The notes below the pieces were generated by a model. It was not told the DNA's origin and searched no databases. It saw only the letters and a list, made by a program, of their open reading frames with translations. The position numbers were made by a program, and so were the translations under genes. A DNA stretch of 64,000 nucleotides from a virus: positions 37,663 to 101,662 of IMG/VR virus record IMGVR_UViG_3300027734_002590, one strand, 5' to 3'. Shown here piece after piece: positions 53,699-63,999 of this stretch; positions within the stretch are counted from its first letter, which is position 1; each line of letters opens with the position of its first letter.

Positions 53699-54911
53699 TC
53701 TTTTCTTCAAAAATCATTTTAGGTGTTCCACCTAAAACTGTATTTTTACTTATCCTAATCCCAGTTAAACCGCGCTCGACTAAATCCATACTTTGGAATT
53801 GATAGGGAACTAGCAGTTTTTCTAATGCAGTTTTAAGTCCCCGTGCATTGGTTTTAAGATCTTTGGCTTGTTTAGCAATGGATTCGATCGCATTATCTTC
53901 AAATGTTAATTTAACACCGTCTAGTTCAAAGATATATTGATATTGTTTAATTAAACTATTTTTTGGTTCTTTAAGAATTTGTATTAGATCAGTAATATCT
54001 AATTCATTTACGTGTGTAAGAATACCAAATCTTCCAACAAACTCGGGTATCAGGCCGAATGTAATAAGATCCTTAGTAGTTACATCTTTGTAAAAGACTG
54101 CTGTCTCGTTGGTACTGGAAATTTTCGAGTTAAATCCAATCGAATTGGCATTAACACGACGGTCAATAATTTTATCCAATCCCACAAATGCACCACCACA
54201 GATAAACAATATTTCACTAGTATCAATCTCGGTCATATCGCTCTTTGGGTTCTTGCGCTTGTCTCCCGGCACCCGCATAATTGTGCCTTCGATCATCTTT
54301 AGCAAGCCCTGTTGAACTCCTTCTCCCGATACGTCTCGGGTAATTGACATATTCTCGCCTTTACGAGCAATTTTATCAATTTCATCAATATAGACAATAC
54401 CACGTTGCGCTTTCTTAATGTCACCATCTGCGACAGCAATTAATCGAGTAAGAATACTTTCAACGTCATCTCCAACATATCCTGCTTCAGTTAGACCAGT
54501 AGCATCTGCAATAGCAAACGGCAAGTCTAGAAATTCTGCAATCTTCTTGGCCATCATAGTTTTGCCGCAACCAGTTGGACCTAACATAAGCACATTAGAT
54601 TTTTCTAATTTAATATTATCGTTTGGATTATTAATACGTTTATAATGTTGACAAACTGCAACACTTAATGCAATCTTAGCATCGTCTTGTCCAATAACAT
54701 ATTGATCCAAATAATCCTTAATTCTTACAGGATTGAAATGACTAATTTTTTCTTCACCATCAGGGAACGCTTTTATTTTTTCGTCAATAAGGATTCGTTG
54801 ACAAAGATCTACACACTCGTTGCAAATTCCTACATCGTTTCCGACAATAAGTTTTTCAACGTCTTCTTTAGGTTTGCCGCAGAAATTACAGCTATGTTTC
54901 TCTTTACTCAT
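53679..54911 (-). CDS. clpX: ATP-dependent Clp protease ATP-binding subunit ClpX
   Basis: C4 zinc finger, GPTGCGKT, IDEIDK, RDVSGEGVQQ, IGF loop. Confidence 0.96.
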   Translation of the reverse strand: MSKEKHSCNFCGKPKEDVEKLIVGNDVGICNECVDLCQRILIDEKIKAFPDGEEKISHFNPVRIKDYLDQYVIGQDDAKIALSVAVCQHYKRINNPNDNIKLEKSNVLMLGPTGCGKTMMAKKIAEFLDLPFAIADATGLTEAGYVGDDVESILTRLIAVADGDIKKAQRGIVYIDEIDKIARKGENMSITRDVSGEGVQQGLLKMIEGTIMRVPGDKRKNPKSDMTEIDTSEILFICGGAFVGLDKIIDRRVNANSIGFNSKISSTNETAVFYKDVTTKDLITFGLIPEFVGRFGILTHVNELDITDLIQILKEPKNSLIKQYQYIFELDGVKLTFEDNAIESIAKQAKDLKTNARGLKTALEKLLVPYQFQSMDLVERGLTGIRISKNTVLGGTPKMIFEEKNAETAK

Positions 54912-55290
54912 CTACTAGCCCTTTAAAAAAGTCTTCAATAGTATTTACATAGTGTCCGTTTATATAGCTATATAGCTTCTTGATATCTTCGTCTGTTGTA
55001 GTCCAATAAACATTAGGTCTACTTAAAATGTAACTTAATAGATTCCGTACTGTAAAGTTTTCGCAATCTCCGTTAACAAAGGTTGCTCCAGATCGAGCTA
55101 ATGCATAAAACAACCATTCTAAGTTATCTTCGTCTTGATAATAATATACATTTAGTTGCGGAGCAACGTCATTGTCTCGCAGACATATGGTTATTTGATC
55201 TTGCTGTTCTTCGTCAAGGCCGATTAGTAATATGCCAGGGTTTGAGTTTTCAAAAAAATCCGGTGGAGTTATAAGAGTAATTTTATTCAC
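54904..55290 (-). CDS. hypothetical protein
   Basis: 128-aa coupled ORF. Confidence 0.7.
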   Translation of the reverse strand: MNKITLITPPDFFENSNPGILLIGLDEEQQDQITICLRDNDVAPQLNVYYYQDEDNLEWLFYALARSGATFVNGDCENFTVRNLLSYILSRPNVYWTTTDEDIKKLYSYINGHYVNTIEDFFKGLVDE

Positions 55291-55292
55291 GC

Positions 55293-56708
55293 TTAGTCTT
55301 TCTTTTCTTTAGCTTGTTTGCTTTTTTCAATATATTCTTCTTCAGTAATATTATTTTTAATTTTTTGCCAAAGTGTTTCGCCTTCTTTTTGTTCTTCATT
55401 TTGAACATAAGTAGGGGCTGTTTCAACAGATACTGTAGTAGTTATACCTTTGTCATCGCTTAGTATTACACTATCGGCTGTGTGGGTTATCATGTAGTAC
55501 TTGCCAGTTGCTAACAATTTATTAGCCAAGTCTGTAGCATTCTTAATTGTAGGATCGCCGCCACCCATCGAATTATAAAATACCATCTGTCCGTCAATAC
55601 TAATATACTCATGATTCATTATTATAATTTCTTTTTTGGGTTCGTCATCAGGGACCACCTCTTTAACTGTTACAGGCTCTTCTGGCTTGTAAACTTGCGG
55701 AGGAACATCAACCCACCCTTCGGGTTTTTCCCAAAAAGATTTTTCTGTGTTAAGGTACGCAGGCTCGACTGCATTTTTAACAATTATTGTATCGTTATCA
55801 GCATCTTCATTATCTATGTTTTCTGGATGCATAGAAAAAGGCATCACAGGTTCTGGAATTTTTTCTTGTTTTTTAACTACAACCTCTTGAGGTGTTAACT
55901 CTTTAAAAAAGTCTGATGTTAATTGGCCGTCTTCGTCTGTTAGCCTAGGTTTAGGTTTACTTTGTTCGAGACTAAATTGTGCGGCCATTAGTAATGATAC
56001 TGCAAGAGGATCAAATACGATAACAATTAATATAATAACCCAAGTTACTGCTTTATCTAAAATATTTTGATCTGGATTGTCTCCGTATAGTAAAGCCGCA
56101 ATATATTTTATAGGCCCAACTTCCGCTTCGACTTTGCGGACTTCAGCCGCAATTGGCGCACGTTCTTCGTTAAGGCTCGCGATTCTTTTCTGAGAGTCTG
56201 CAATGTCCTGAGCGATGCGACTACGTTCTTTCTGCTGGGCTCTTCGAATGGCAACGGCTTTTTCTGCGCCCTTTTCGTCCTGACTGCGACCCATAATTTG
56301 GTCCACTGATTCATCAAGCTGTTTGAGGATTTTGCGATTAGCATCTATATTCTCTCTTTCTGTTTTGATTTTTTCGTCGTAGATGGCAATCTTGCTTTGA
56401 ACATCGCCTGACGTAATATTTTGATCTAAGTGTGCTTTTGAAAGATAACCAAAAATACCCATCGATGTGATCAACATCAAAACGGCAACTGCTACTACCA
56501 AATATGTTTTTAGCGCAATAGGCGCAATCTTCCAATTTTGTTTTAACCAGCTAGCCGCTACAAGTTTAGCAACTTCTAGGGCGGTACCCATGATCATGAT
56601 CGGAATAACGGCGGCCGCAAACACGCTGGCAAGACCTACAATACTGTAGTAGATAGCTACTGCCGAAATAAAAAGGCCCGATACAAGGGCCAAGTACGCC
56701 ATGATCAT
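55293..56708 (-). CDS. membrane coiled-coil protein
   Basis: 3 N-terminal TMs, ITSMGIFGYLSKAH, coiled coil, VGPIKYIA, VFDPLAV. Confidence 0.8.
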   Translation of the reverse strand: MIMAYLALVSGLFISAVAIYYSIVGLASVFAAAVIPIMIMGTALEVAKLVAASWLKQNWKIAPIALKTYLVVAVAVLMLITSMGIFGYLSKAHLDQNITSGDVQSKIAIYDEKIKTERENIDANRKILKQLDESVDQIMGRSQDEKGAEKAVAIRRAQQKERSRIAQDIADSQKRIASLNEERAPIAAEVRKVEAEVGPIKYIAALLYGDNPDQNILDKAVTWVIILIVIVFDPLAVSLLMAAQFSLEQSKPKPRLTDEDGQLTSDFFKELTPQEVVVKKQEKIPEPVMPFSMHPENIDNEDADNDTIIVKNAVEPAYLNTEKSFWEKPEGWVDVPPQVYKPEEPVTVKEVVPDDEPKKEIIIMNHEYISIDGQMVFYNSMGGGDPTIKNATDLANKLLATGKYYMITHTADSVILSDDKGITTTVSVETAPTYVQNEEQKEGETLWQKIKNNITEEEYIEKSKQAKEKKD

Positions 56709-56726
56709 AAAATTGTTCTCCCTGTC

Positions 56727-57128
56727 CTATTTATTGTAAAATGACCAGCTTTTTTGTCCCTGTTGAAGACACGCCGTTTCTTGATACTGTCTTACATCCC
56801 CATCATTGTTTACTAGGCTCTGAAACACTCTACAATATCCAGCACCTGCATCATACGTATAAACAATTCGAATCTTACCGTATGATGGTGATGTACGGCT
56901 ATACCAGACTGCTTCTTCGCCGTTGTCGGCGTTGTTTAATGCCATTAGTATTGTACGTACATGTAAATTTCGATCTCCGGAAGAAAGTTTTCCAGACCAA
57001 AATCTAATCAATCCACCTAAAGGATCACCACCTGCGTCATATACTGCGGCAGTAGAGCCAGTTGCCGAATGCGGAAGGTAATCTGCTTTAACGGCCTGCG
57101 TACTCAGGAATAAGCTCCCACTTACCAT
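56727..57128 (-). CDS. RT0821/Lpp0805-like surface antigen protein
   Basis: AL..ADNGE...W, YCRVF, ETAC...W; start uncertain. Confidence 0.7.
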   Translation of the reverse strand: MVSGSLFLSTQAVKADYLPHSATGSTAAVYDAGGDPLGGLIRFWSGKLSSGDRNLHVRTILMALNNADNGEEAVWYSRTSPSYGKIRIVYTYDAGAGYCRVFQSLVNNDGDVRQYQETACLQQGQKSWSFYNK

Positions 57129-57450
57129 CAAACCTTTGACAAACCAAGTTACGATTTTGAATTTCTCTACCATTTGGCAACCTTATCCAATCTGTTGATT
57201 CACCGCAGTTCTGTGCAATACCTGCTTTCTTAATAACGATCTGTTCAATTGGATCGTCATTACATTTAACAAGGGTTTCACTAGAAACATTGGTCCCATT
57301 TTTAACACGAACTTCTTGACTAGTATGACAATACTGTCGAGCTGTCTGCTTCGGAGCAGAACTACAGCCAGTTAGCGCCATTACACATGCCAAAGCAAGG
57401 GTAGGTACTACGGCGATAGCCATACTCCGAAGTTCTAGTTTGATGTTCAT
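57088..57450 (-). CDS. putative lipoprotein
   Basis: Lipobox LTGC; Cys-rich mature part. Confidence 0.75.
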   Translation of the reverse strand: MNIKLELRSMAIAVVPTLALACVMALTGCSSAPKQTARQYCHTSQEVRVKNGTNVSSETLVKCNDDPIEQIVIKKAGIAQNCGESTDWIRLPNGREIQNRNLVCQRFDGKWELIPEYAGR

Positions 57451-57917
57451 TGCTTGCTCTTAGCTTCTGCAATTAACGCATCAAAAGTTGCCTTAGGCAT
57501 TTTCAAACGTACAAAGGTGTAATGTTTCCCACCCATTGTAAATTGGCCTACTTCGTGTTGAAGGTGTTCACGAATTGCGGTGTCAGAAACTTTATACGAA
57601 ATTACTGTACGAGTTGACTTTTTGTCATCTACAAATTTAATTTCAGTTTCTGAGTTTACTTTGCCGTTAATACGCTTGGCAAAGTTGTTCATTGCAATAG
57701 CATACATCTGTTCTTCAGCGGCCTGTGCATATACGCTTTCACCTGCACCGCAAGCATACGCATATTCCTTAGACCACCAGAACCAGCCTTCAGTTCCTGC
57801 CTGAGCACAATCCGAATACCAAGTAGGCGACGCATAAGTCTTGCGGTCCTCAACAGCCTTCATTGAGCCACAAGCCGTTAATACAGCAACTAGTGGGATT
57901 ACTAAAAACTTTTTCAT
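57447..57917 (-). CDS. putative lipoprotein (LPP20-like)
   Basis: Lipobox LTAC; PTWY motif. Confidence 0.75.
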   Translation of the reverse strand: MKKFLVIPLVAVLTACGSMKAVEDRKTYASPTWYSDCAQAGTEGWFWWSKEYAYACGAGESVYAQAAEEQMYAIAMNNFAKRINGKVNSETEIKFVDDKKSTRTVISYKVSDTAIREHLQHEVGQFTMGGKHYTFVRLKMPKATFDALIAEAKSKQ

Positions 57918-57980
57918 ATCAAACCTCTCTGTGTGTTAATGTGTATATAGTATAACATAGGTAATACCTAATGTCAACCA

Positions 57981-58382
57981 TTATCGACGCATTTTGGAAA
58001 TATCAACTGCTTGTTCGTCCGAAAAAACCGGAACAGCATTTGACTTGTGCATAGTAGCAATACCCAAAACCTTAGTTCCTGTATAGACTTTTGGAGGAGG
58101 AAGTGTTGCATTTCCACCACCTGAATCTCTACTAGGAATATGGGCTGTAGTATTACGACCTTCCGGAATAGACAAGCTATAACCAGTAGAACTTAAATTA
58201 CCAGCACTCATGGCCCGTTTTCGTTTCTTTTCCTCAAGTTCGAGTCCTTGCCGTTTGAGCAATTCTTTCCAACTCTCGTCCAATTCACGAGCTTTCTTAG
58301 CATGATCAGCAGAAGCAAACTTTCGTTTGGATTTCTTCTTGCCAGTTGTACTAAGCCAAGGGCCTTCCAAATGCATTGACAT
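57981..58382 (-). CDS. conserved phage hypothetical protein
   Basis: YTG...GIATMHKSNAVPVF motif. Confidence 0.8.
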   Translation of the reverse strand: MSMHLEGPWLSTTGKKKSKRKFASADHAKKARELDESWKELLKRQGLELEEKKRKRAMSAGNLSSTGYSLSIPEGRNTTAHIPSRDSGGGNATLPPPKVYTGTKVLGIATMHKSNAVPVFSDEQAVDISKMRR

Positions 58383-58384
58383 AA

Positions 58385-58714
58385 TTATACTGTAACAGTA
58401 TTAGTTTGTGGTTGGACTTCTAATACAGGAACTTCAACTGCGTTGAGGGTTACCTGTGTCTTTTTGGGCATTCCTGTAAAGCGGATAATTTCGCCTTGAG
58501 GAGTAATTTTGAATGAGCCAGCAACGACCCAAATTTGTTTACCGCTAGCATCAATACCTGCCAATTTGCGGACAACACCATTAACTATACCAGTGGAGGA
58601 GTCGCGACCGCGATTCCAATGATATGTCGTTCCTTTGTTTACCCAAATTTGGGGATCTCCGGAACTGGTTTTGCAAAAGTTACTTAGATTTTCGATCACT
58701 GTGTGTGTAGACAT
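58385..58714 (-). CDS. hypothetical protein
   Basis: 109 aa, AAGGAGG RBS. Confidence 0.75.
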   Translation of the reverse strand: MSTHTVIENLSNFCKTSSGDPQIWVNKGTTYHWNRGRDSSTGIVNGVVRKLAGIDASGKQIWVVAGSFKITPQGEIIRFTGMPKKTQVTLNAVEVPVLEVQPQTNTVTV

Positions 58715-58793
58715 AATGTCCTCCTTTGTTTAACAGTATATTAATTATATGGTATTATCTGGTTTTATGCAACCACTATTTTTACCAAAATGT

Positions 58794-59435
58794 CTATCTG
58801 TTTACCAAATTGTTAACAAAATCCAAAAGTAATCGATGATGTTGCCCGTTATGGTATTTTCCACGCATCCAACTATAGCCATCATACCAAAATTTTTCAC
58901 TTTCTGGATGGCATCCTATAAGTCCTATGTTTTTCTGAATGATTGCCATCGAGTCGCCATTTGCGTATGTAGCGAGTATATCGTGCTGACCGTTACCAAC
59001 CAAAGCACAACCATCGTAAAAAAACATCGTTGTATTGTGCCCGTTCCAATTGACGTTAATATCCTTAGCATGTGGCCTCCTTGTATCCGTATTTGGTTGT
59101 GTGATATATTGTACAGCATCTACGTTATCAAGCATATTAAGATAGTGTTTTCCTGCCCAATATGCTCCCATACAAATGCCTAAATATTTGCCGCCTTCTT
59201 TGACAAATTCTTTCACTCGTTTGCCGTTGTGTTTAAATGCTCGATCAAAACTGCTAGCATCTCCGAAACCACCGGGAACTGCTATTATGTCCACATCGTC
59301 AAAGAAGTTATCTTCTAAGGGATTGATGCTGAATATTTTAAAATTGTAATCTGATTGTAACGCTTTAATGACACCGTTGCCCGACTGTACTGAACATTTA
59401 GGATCGTACAGGAAAAGAGCGATTGTTGGTTTCAT
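58794..59435 (-). CDS. BPL-N / class I glutamine amidotransferase-like protein
   Basis: VPGG, YLGICMGAY, GCHPE. Confidence 0.85.
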   Translation of the reverse strand: MKPTIALFLYDPKCSVQSGNGVIKALQSDYNFKIFSINPLEDNFFDDVDIIAVPGGFGDASSFDRAFKHNGKRVKEFVKEGGKYLGICMGAYWAGKHYLNMLDNVDAVQYITQPNTDTRRPHAKDINVNWNGHNTTMFFYDGCALVGNGQHDILATYANGDSMAIIQKNIGLIGCHPESEKFWYDGYSWMRGKYHNGQHHRLLLDFVNNLVNR

Positions 59436-59680
59436 ACTACATTAGATTTTTTTCTAATTTTCATTCCGACGAGGGTGCCAAAAAATGCTCCGAAACATGC
59501 AGGAATCAGCAACCAGTGGTTAGTTGTATAATTTACAACCGCTATAGCCGCTATAACAAACACAATAACAGCCCACATGCTAGCTTTCAAAGTTTCATCG
59601 TTTTGAACTGATCTTAGGTAGTAGGTGTAAAATACATCTGTAAAGAAAAGTGCAAAAAATGTTGTGATATAATCTATCAT
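59432..59680 (-). CDS. small membrane protein
   Basis: 82 aa, 3 hydrophobic segments. Confidence 0.7.
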   Translation of the reverse strand: MIDYITTFFALFFTDVFYTYYLRSVQNDETLKASMWAVIVFVIAAIAVVNYTTNHWLLIPACFGAFFGTLVGMKIRKKSNVV

Positions 59681-59823
59681 TTTTTGTCTTCTTTCTTTTC
59701 TTTCTTTTCTTCTACTTTACGTTCCATCGGAGGAGGGAAGTACGGCTCGATTACATAGTGATTAGCACCCCACCAGCCAAATGCTGTGAAGAACCCGTAT
59801 ACTACAACTTCTAATATACCCAT
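59677..59823 (-). CDS. small membrane protein (48 aa)
   Basis: Hand-translated MGILEVVVYGFFTAFGWWGANHYV...; AAGGA RBS. Confidence 0.65.
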   Translation of the reverse strand: MGILEVVVYGFFTAFGWWGANHYVIEPYFPPPMERKVEEKKEKKEDKK

Positions 59824-59868
59824 AATGTGTGTCCTTTAATTAACTGCTACTATTATTTAGCAAGCCCG

Positions 59869-59896
59869 TAAAAAAAGGATCCTGAGATCCTTTTTT
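59869..59896. terminator. bidirectional intrinsic terminator
   Basis: AAAAAAAGGATC-CTGA-GATCCTTTTTT. Confidence 0.75.
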
Positions 59897-59915
59897 GGTA
59901 TATTAGTGCAACGTG

Positions 59916-60170
59916 CTAGTCAAAAGATACTAATTTTTTAATATCTTTATGCCTCACTACGATAACATTGCGAATTTGTTTATCGTAGATAATTGGCAAA
60001 TCTAAATGAATAGTGATATCAGGAGTCACACCGTCGATCATACGATCGTTACCGACACTTCCAACGAATGGAATTTTATTCCAATAACCGAATACACGAT
60101 CTCCCAAAAAGTATTTTGGTTTATACCCTATCCGATCGAAATAATCAGTTTGGTTGCCCATCAGTTTCAC
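59916..60170 (-). CDS. hypothetical protein
   Basis: 84-aa coupled ORF. Confidence 0.7.
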   Translation of the reverse strand: MKLMGNQTDYFDRIGYKPKYFLGDRVFGYWNKIPFVGSVGNDRMIDGVTPDITIHLDLPIIYDKQIRNVIVVRHKDIKKLVSFD

Positions 60171-60940
60171 TCCATGTCATTCTGATAAGGTTCTGTGCCC
60201 CAAGCCATTTCTTGCACAGGTGCTGTGAACGCTTCTTCAGGATTAACACCTAACTCGCCGATAACTTCATAACGGCAAGTACGGCCTTTGCTGTTGTTGT
60301 AGTCAGTTGGAATGCTCACAACATCTGCTGGGTTAATCTTAAGGATCATTATACGGCTTTCGCTATCACCAAATGAACTCAAGTATTCTTGCGAGCAAAA
60401 ATGCAAGCCGGAACTGCAAGTATTGTTTTGGTTATCGTCCACCATGTTACGTTCCATTTCGCAGATGCAACCAACTGAGTTGTTAAACGTACCACTATGG
60501 ATATCCATGTAGTCGTTGCGAACTTTCTTGTACGCAAGGAAGCAACCATCTGGAGTAATCGGCAAACTGTTCTTTTCCAAGAAGCCGTACAGTTCGTTTA
60601 CTGCACGGAAACTTGGATTTGTGTGCAAGTTTTCCATAAATGCAATAAGCGGATCAACGGGGAAGCCGTCTTGCAACATTTGGATCATGCGCTTAGAAAG
60701 CGCATTGTGCATCTCTGCACCTTTCCAAAATAGAGTTTCACCTTGTACAGACACATGACCTTGTCCGTAGTTTAGCACAACCTTTTTAGGTTCAATTACG
60801 TCTTTGACAGTTTCCCAATCGCCAGCTTTGATGGCATCCAATACCTTGTTATAGGTAATATGGGTTGAACTGATTGTATGGCTCTTGTTGCCAATTACGA
60901 CAACAACGTTTTTACCTTGGATGATATATGGATAGCTCAT
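60167..60940 (-). CDS. rIIB: RIIB-like protein
   Basis: NPS..A..ELYGFL, ITPDG.FLAYK, CSSGLH, DVVSIP.DY. Confidence 0.9.
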   Translation of the reverse strand: MSYPYIIQGKNVVVVIGNKSHTISSTHITYNKVLDAIKAGDWETVKDVIEPKKVVLNYGQGHVSVQGETLFWKGAEMHNALSKRMIQMLQDGFPVDPLIAFMENLHTNPSFRAVNELYGFLEKNSLPITPDGCFLAYKKVRNDYMDIHSGTFNNSVGCICEMERNMVDDNQNNTCSSGLHFCSQEYLSSFGDSESRIMILKINPADVVSIPTDYNNSKGRTCRYEVIGELGVNPEEAFTAPVQEMAWGTEPYQNDME

Positions 60941-60941
60941 T

Positions 60942-63113
60942 TCAAACACCTTTCTGTGTGTCAATTAAATTAATATACTCTGCCACTTTTTCGTTCGGAG
61001 CACTACGCAAATAGGCTAACAACGGATAATGTTGATAAACTACTTTACATTGTTCTTCAAACTTCTCAACTGTGTCTTGCGGGTTGAACGTAACGTTCTT
61101 AGCATACATACGGCACAGATTCTTCAAACTTTGTTCGCTGTAACGAATCTTATCAAATCCCTTAAACTGGTTAACTAATTTAACGTAAGGGCTTGCAGGA
61201 TTGGTTACGGCTTCGACAATGTTACTATTATACTGGCAAAGATTGAAATTGTCAACTGCTTGCAACACCAAACTCATAGTTAATTTGTTGTCAATGGCGC
61301 TCAATTCTTTAGCGATATGGTTTTCGAGGTTAATCCAGTTCTTTTGGGTTTGGATAAACTCAATGTCACTCTTACGGACACCGTAAACTGTAATATTGGT
61401 TAGACTAGATACACCACAGTCTTTTAAGTCTGCGTAGAAACGCTTAACATCAAAGCTATGGCCAATTACGCTGTTAACGATAAAACCACTCAACGGCAAA
61501 TAGTAATAAGTTTTATTTGCATCAAAGCTGTCTGCCTTACCTGCATCACGCCATACCATTTCTTTTTGGGTGTAGTAACCGCCGTACCCTTTTTGTTCGA
61601 GAGCCAAGATTGTTACATTCTTACCTAACGAATTATCCTTACGAGGTTTTTCTTTCAAAGAACTAGCAAGGAATCTGCGGGTAGTAGGAGGCTCAGCAAT
61701 TTCTGCAAAGAAGCCATCAACATTCATCTTGCGACTTTTGTCAACAGGATCTAAAACATAAACACTACGGCTGTATACATCCTTTTCGCTTTCGCGATAA
61801 TGGTACTTGGCACGTTCGCCTGCACCAGTCTTTAGATCGTTAATGATAAAATGACTATCAGCATCAACGGAAATACGCCAAACAGTTTTAATTTGTGTAC
61901 TGCCGTCGGCACCGCGAATATGCTCATTGTTAGACTTAAGACTATGAACGTTTTTAGCACTACGAGTCACTGCCAAACCACGCAAGGCAATATTGTACTT
62001 GCTAGCCAAATTGCTTACTTCTAAATTCCAACTGATTAGTTTAGTCCAACTTTTAGGATCTGCATCATAAGTGGGCAATTTAGCCTTGGCCGCATATTCT
62101 GCAACTGCCGCACCCCACAAAGAATTATCTCGCTTCTTATGAAGGAAGATAGCACGGTCCCACAAGTTAGGAATAGCATCTGCTTCTTTTGCCAAATGAA
62201 CCATCAATTGGTCGTTAACTGCGACCAGTTTACGTTTGATGCTGTCGATTGTACTAGGAATGTAGGACAACCCTTCACGTGAAGCTTGGAAGTCTAACTC
62301 GCCAATTGCAAAGTGCATTTCCAAACCACAACTCAACAGTGGTCGTAATTCACCTAAGCTCTTATCAGCTTCTGGAATTTGGATAGGGTATGCAATATTA
62401 CCCATAACTGCAAGACTGCTAGTTCGACTAGAATTTGTACCATGCACCCCGGGAATGATATCTTTAGTATCGTATTCAACATCAAAGAATTTAAACTCTG
62501 CACTACCGCTAACTACCGGACGCAATTTAAAATAAGTGTAGACCCCGCGAGCTTCATCGCGGAACTTGCTAAAGTCATAACGATCGTTTACAGAGAACTT
62601 AACTTCGACGCCGGCTGGCTCACTAGTTTCCTCAGTCATCATTAACGCAATGCTCGGGACTCCTTCTCCGTTAATGAACGCAGAGTATATGCCTTTCTTA
62701 CCACTTTGAATTGCAGTAACCGTAAAGTTATCAGTGTAACTAAAGGGAGACTTGCTACCTAAACCAAGAGCACCGATAAATTCATTAGAGGCTGTCTTGG
62801 TACTTTCAAAGTAAGTTGTGTAAATTTGAGTAACTTGCTCGTGGCTCAAGCCAGTACCGTAGTCGCGAATAGCGAACCAAGGTTCTAAAGTGTTAGGGAG
62901 ATGTACGTCGAATGGAGTTTCTTGTTTGCCAGCCGCAACATGACTGTCGACAGCATTACAACTCAATTCGCGGATGATAGCACGTATCTTGTTAGCATAT
63001 AAGCCTGAGCTCAAAATAGAGAATGCTTTAGCAGACGCTTTAATTTTAAAGTCGCCAATTTCCCCAACGTTACTCAAAACTGCTTCGTTTTGTGGAGCAT
63101 TGCTAAGAATCAT
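60942..63113 (-). CDS. rIIA: RIIA-like protein (GHKL ATPase domain)
   Basis: IRELSCNAVDSH, IRDYGTGL, GALGLGSKSPFSY, SREGLSY; adjacent to rIIB. Confidence 0.92.
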   Translation of the reverse strand: MILSNAPQNEAVLSNVGEIGDFKIKASAKAFSILSSGLYANKIRAIIRELSCNAVDSHVAAGKQETPFDVHLPNTLEPWFAIRDYGTGLSHEQVTQIYTTYFESTKTASNEFIGALGLGSKSPFSYTDNFTVTAIQSGKKGIYSAFINGEGVPSIALMMTEETSEPAGVEVKFSVNDRYDFSKFRDEARGVYTYFKLRPVVSGSAEFKFFDVEYDTKDIIPGVHGTNSSRTSSLAVMGNIAYPIQIPEADKSLGELRPLLSCGLEMHFAIGELDFQASREGLSYIPSTIDSIKRKLVAVNDQLMVHLAKEADAIPNLWDRAIFLHKKRDNSLWGAAVAEYAAKAKLPTYDADPKSWTKLISWNLEVSNLASKYNIALRGLAVTRSAKNVHSLKSNNEHIRGADGSTQIKTVWRISVDADSHFIINDLKTGAGERAKYHYRESEKDVYSRSVYVLDPVDKSRKMNVDGFFAEIAEPPTTRRFLASSLKEKPRKDNSLGKNVTILALEQKGYGGYYTQKEMVWRDAGKADSFDANKTYYYLPLSGFIVNSVIGHSFDVKRFYADLKDCGVSSLTNITVYGVRKSDIEFIQTQKNWINLENHIAKELSAIDNKLTMSLVLQAVDNFNLCQYNSNIVEAVTNPASPYVKLVNQFKGFDKIRYSEQSLKNLCRMYAKNVTFNPQDTVEKFEEQCKVVYQHYPLLAYLRSAPNEKVAEYINLIDTQKGV

Positions 63114-63208
63114 TTGATACCTTTCTGTGTCTGTTATCTAACTGTATGTATATATTATACAGTCAGAGTGGTAAAAGGTCAACCTATTTTGGTAAAAAAT
63201 TTACCAAA

Positions 63209-63790
63209 TTATTCGGGTTTTTTGGGAGGATGGTATAAACCCAACATTGGACGGCCATCCATTACGTTTGATGCATGGGGGCCTGCTTGGTTTACATAAT
63301 GTAGGAAAACTTGATATTGCTCATTACCGTTAAATTGCTCACGCCAGTGTTCTACTTCACACCCTTTATAGACTACTGCATCACCTGTCTCTAAAAGTAA
63401 CGGCTCGCCTTCGAAATAAATGGGCCAAGGACTAGGGTCGTTTGAAATATTTAGGCTAATTGAATATTCGCAACTTGGACGATCTGTGTGTTTTTTCATA
63501 TCCGCACCATTAAAGTAGATGCGACAAAAACTATAAGTCGGGTGTACTTTTATTTGAAACACCTCCTCAACAAGTGGTAAACATTGTAAAAGGAGGGCTT
63601 CGGTTACTGGAGTGCCGTAGTTGCCCCAGCAATCATGATCTACTGGTTGCCCGTCTGCAAATGCATTATGATCAGTTTGTGGTATACGATGCACAAAGTA
63701 CTGAGAGTTTTTCATGATCAACATAGTCTTTTTAACTAAGTCAATCGTTTGCGGATCTATTACATTTCGGACAACATGGTAGTTTTTCAT
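63209..63790 (-). CDS. 2OG-Fe(II) oxygenase-like phage protein
   Basis: HTDRPSCEYS, HWRE, QVFLHY. Confidence 0.8.
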   Translation of the reverse strand: MKNYHVVRNVIDPQTIDLVKKTMLIMKNSQYFVHRIPQTDHNAFADGQPVDHDCWGNYGTPVTEALLLQCLPLVEEVFQIKVHPTYSFCRIYFNGADMKKHTDRPSCEYSISLNISNDPSPWPIYFEGEPLLLETGDAVVYKGCEVEHWREQFNGNEQYQVFLHYVNQAGPHASNVMDGRPMLGLYHPPKKPE

Positions 63791-63798
63791 ACAGATAT

Positions 63799-63999
63799 TT
63801 AACTATTCAATACCTTGGCAACTGAATTCATGACACTGGCAATACGACCAATGTCACGAAGCTGTTCTACTGAGTAGCCTTCTTGTTTCAAAGTCTCATA
63901 ATGAGCTTTCACACAAAAATGGCATTTGCCAACAATACTAGCGGCCAAACTAAATGCTTCAAAGTTTGATTTGGTAGTACCACCGTGACTTGCAATAGC
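63799..63999 (-). CDS. ahpD: alkyl hydroperoxide reductase AhpD, 3' part (truncated by window edge)
   Basis: Hand-translated FEAFSLAASIVGKCHFCVKAH, CxxC-x3-H motif. Confidence 0.85.
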   Translation of the reverse strand, partial: AIASHGGTTKSNFEAFSLAASIVGKCHFCVKAHYETLKQEGYSVEQLRDIGRIASVMNSVAKVLNS

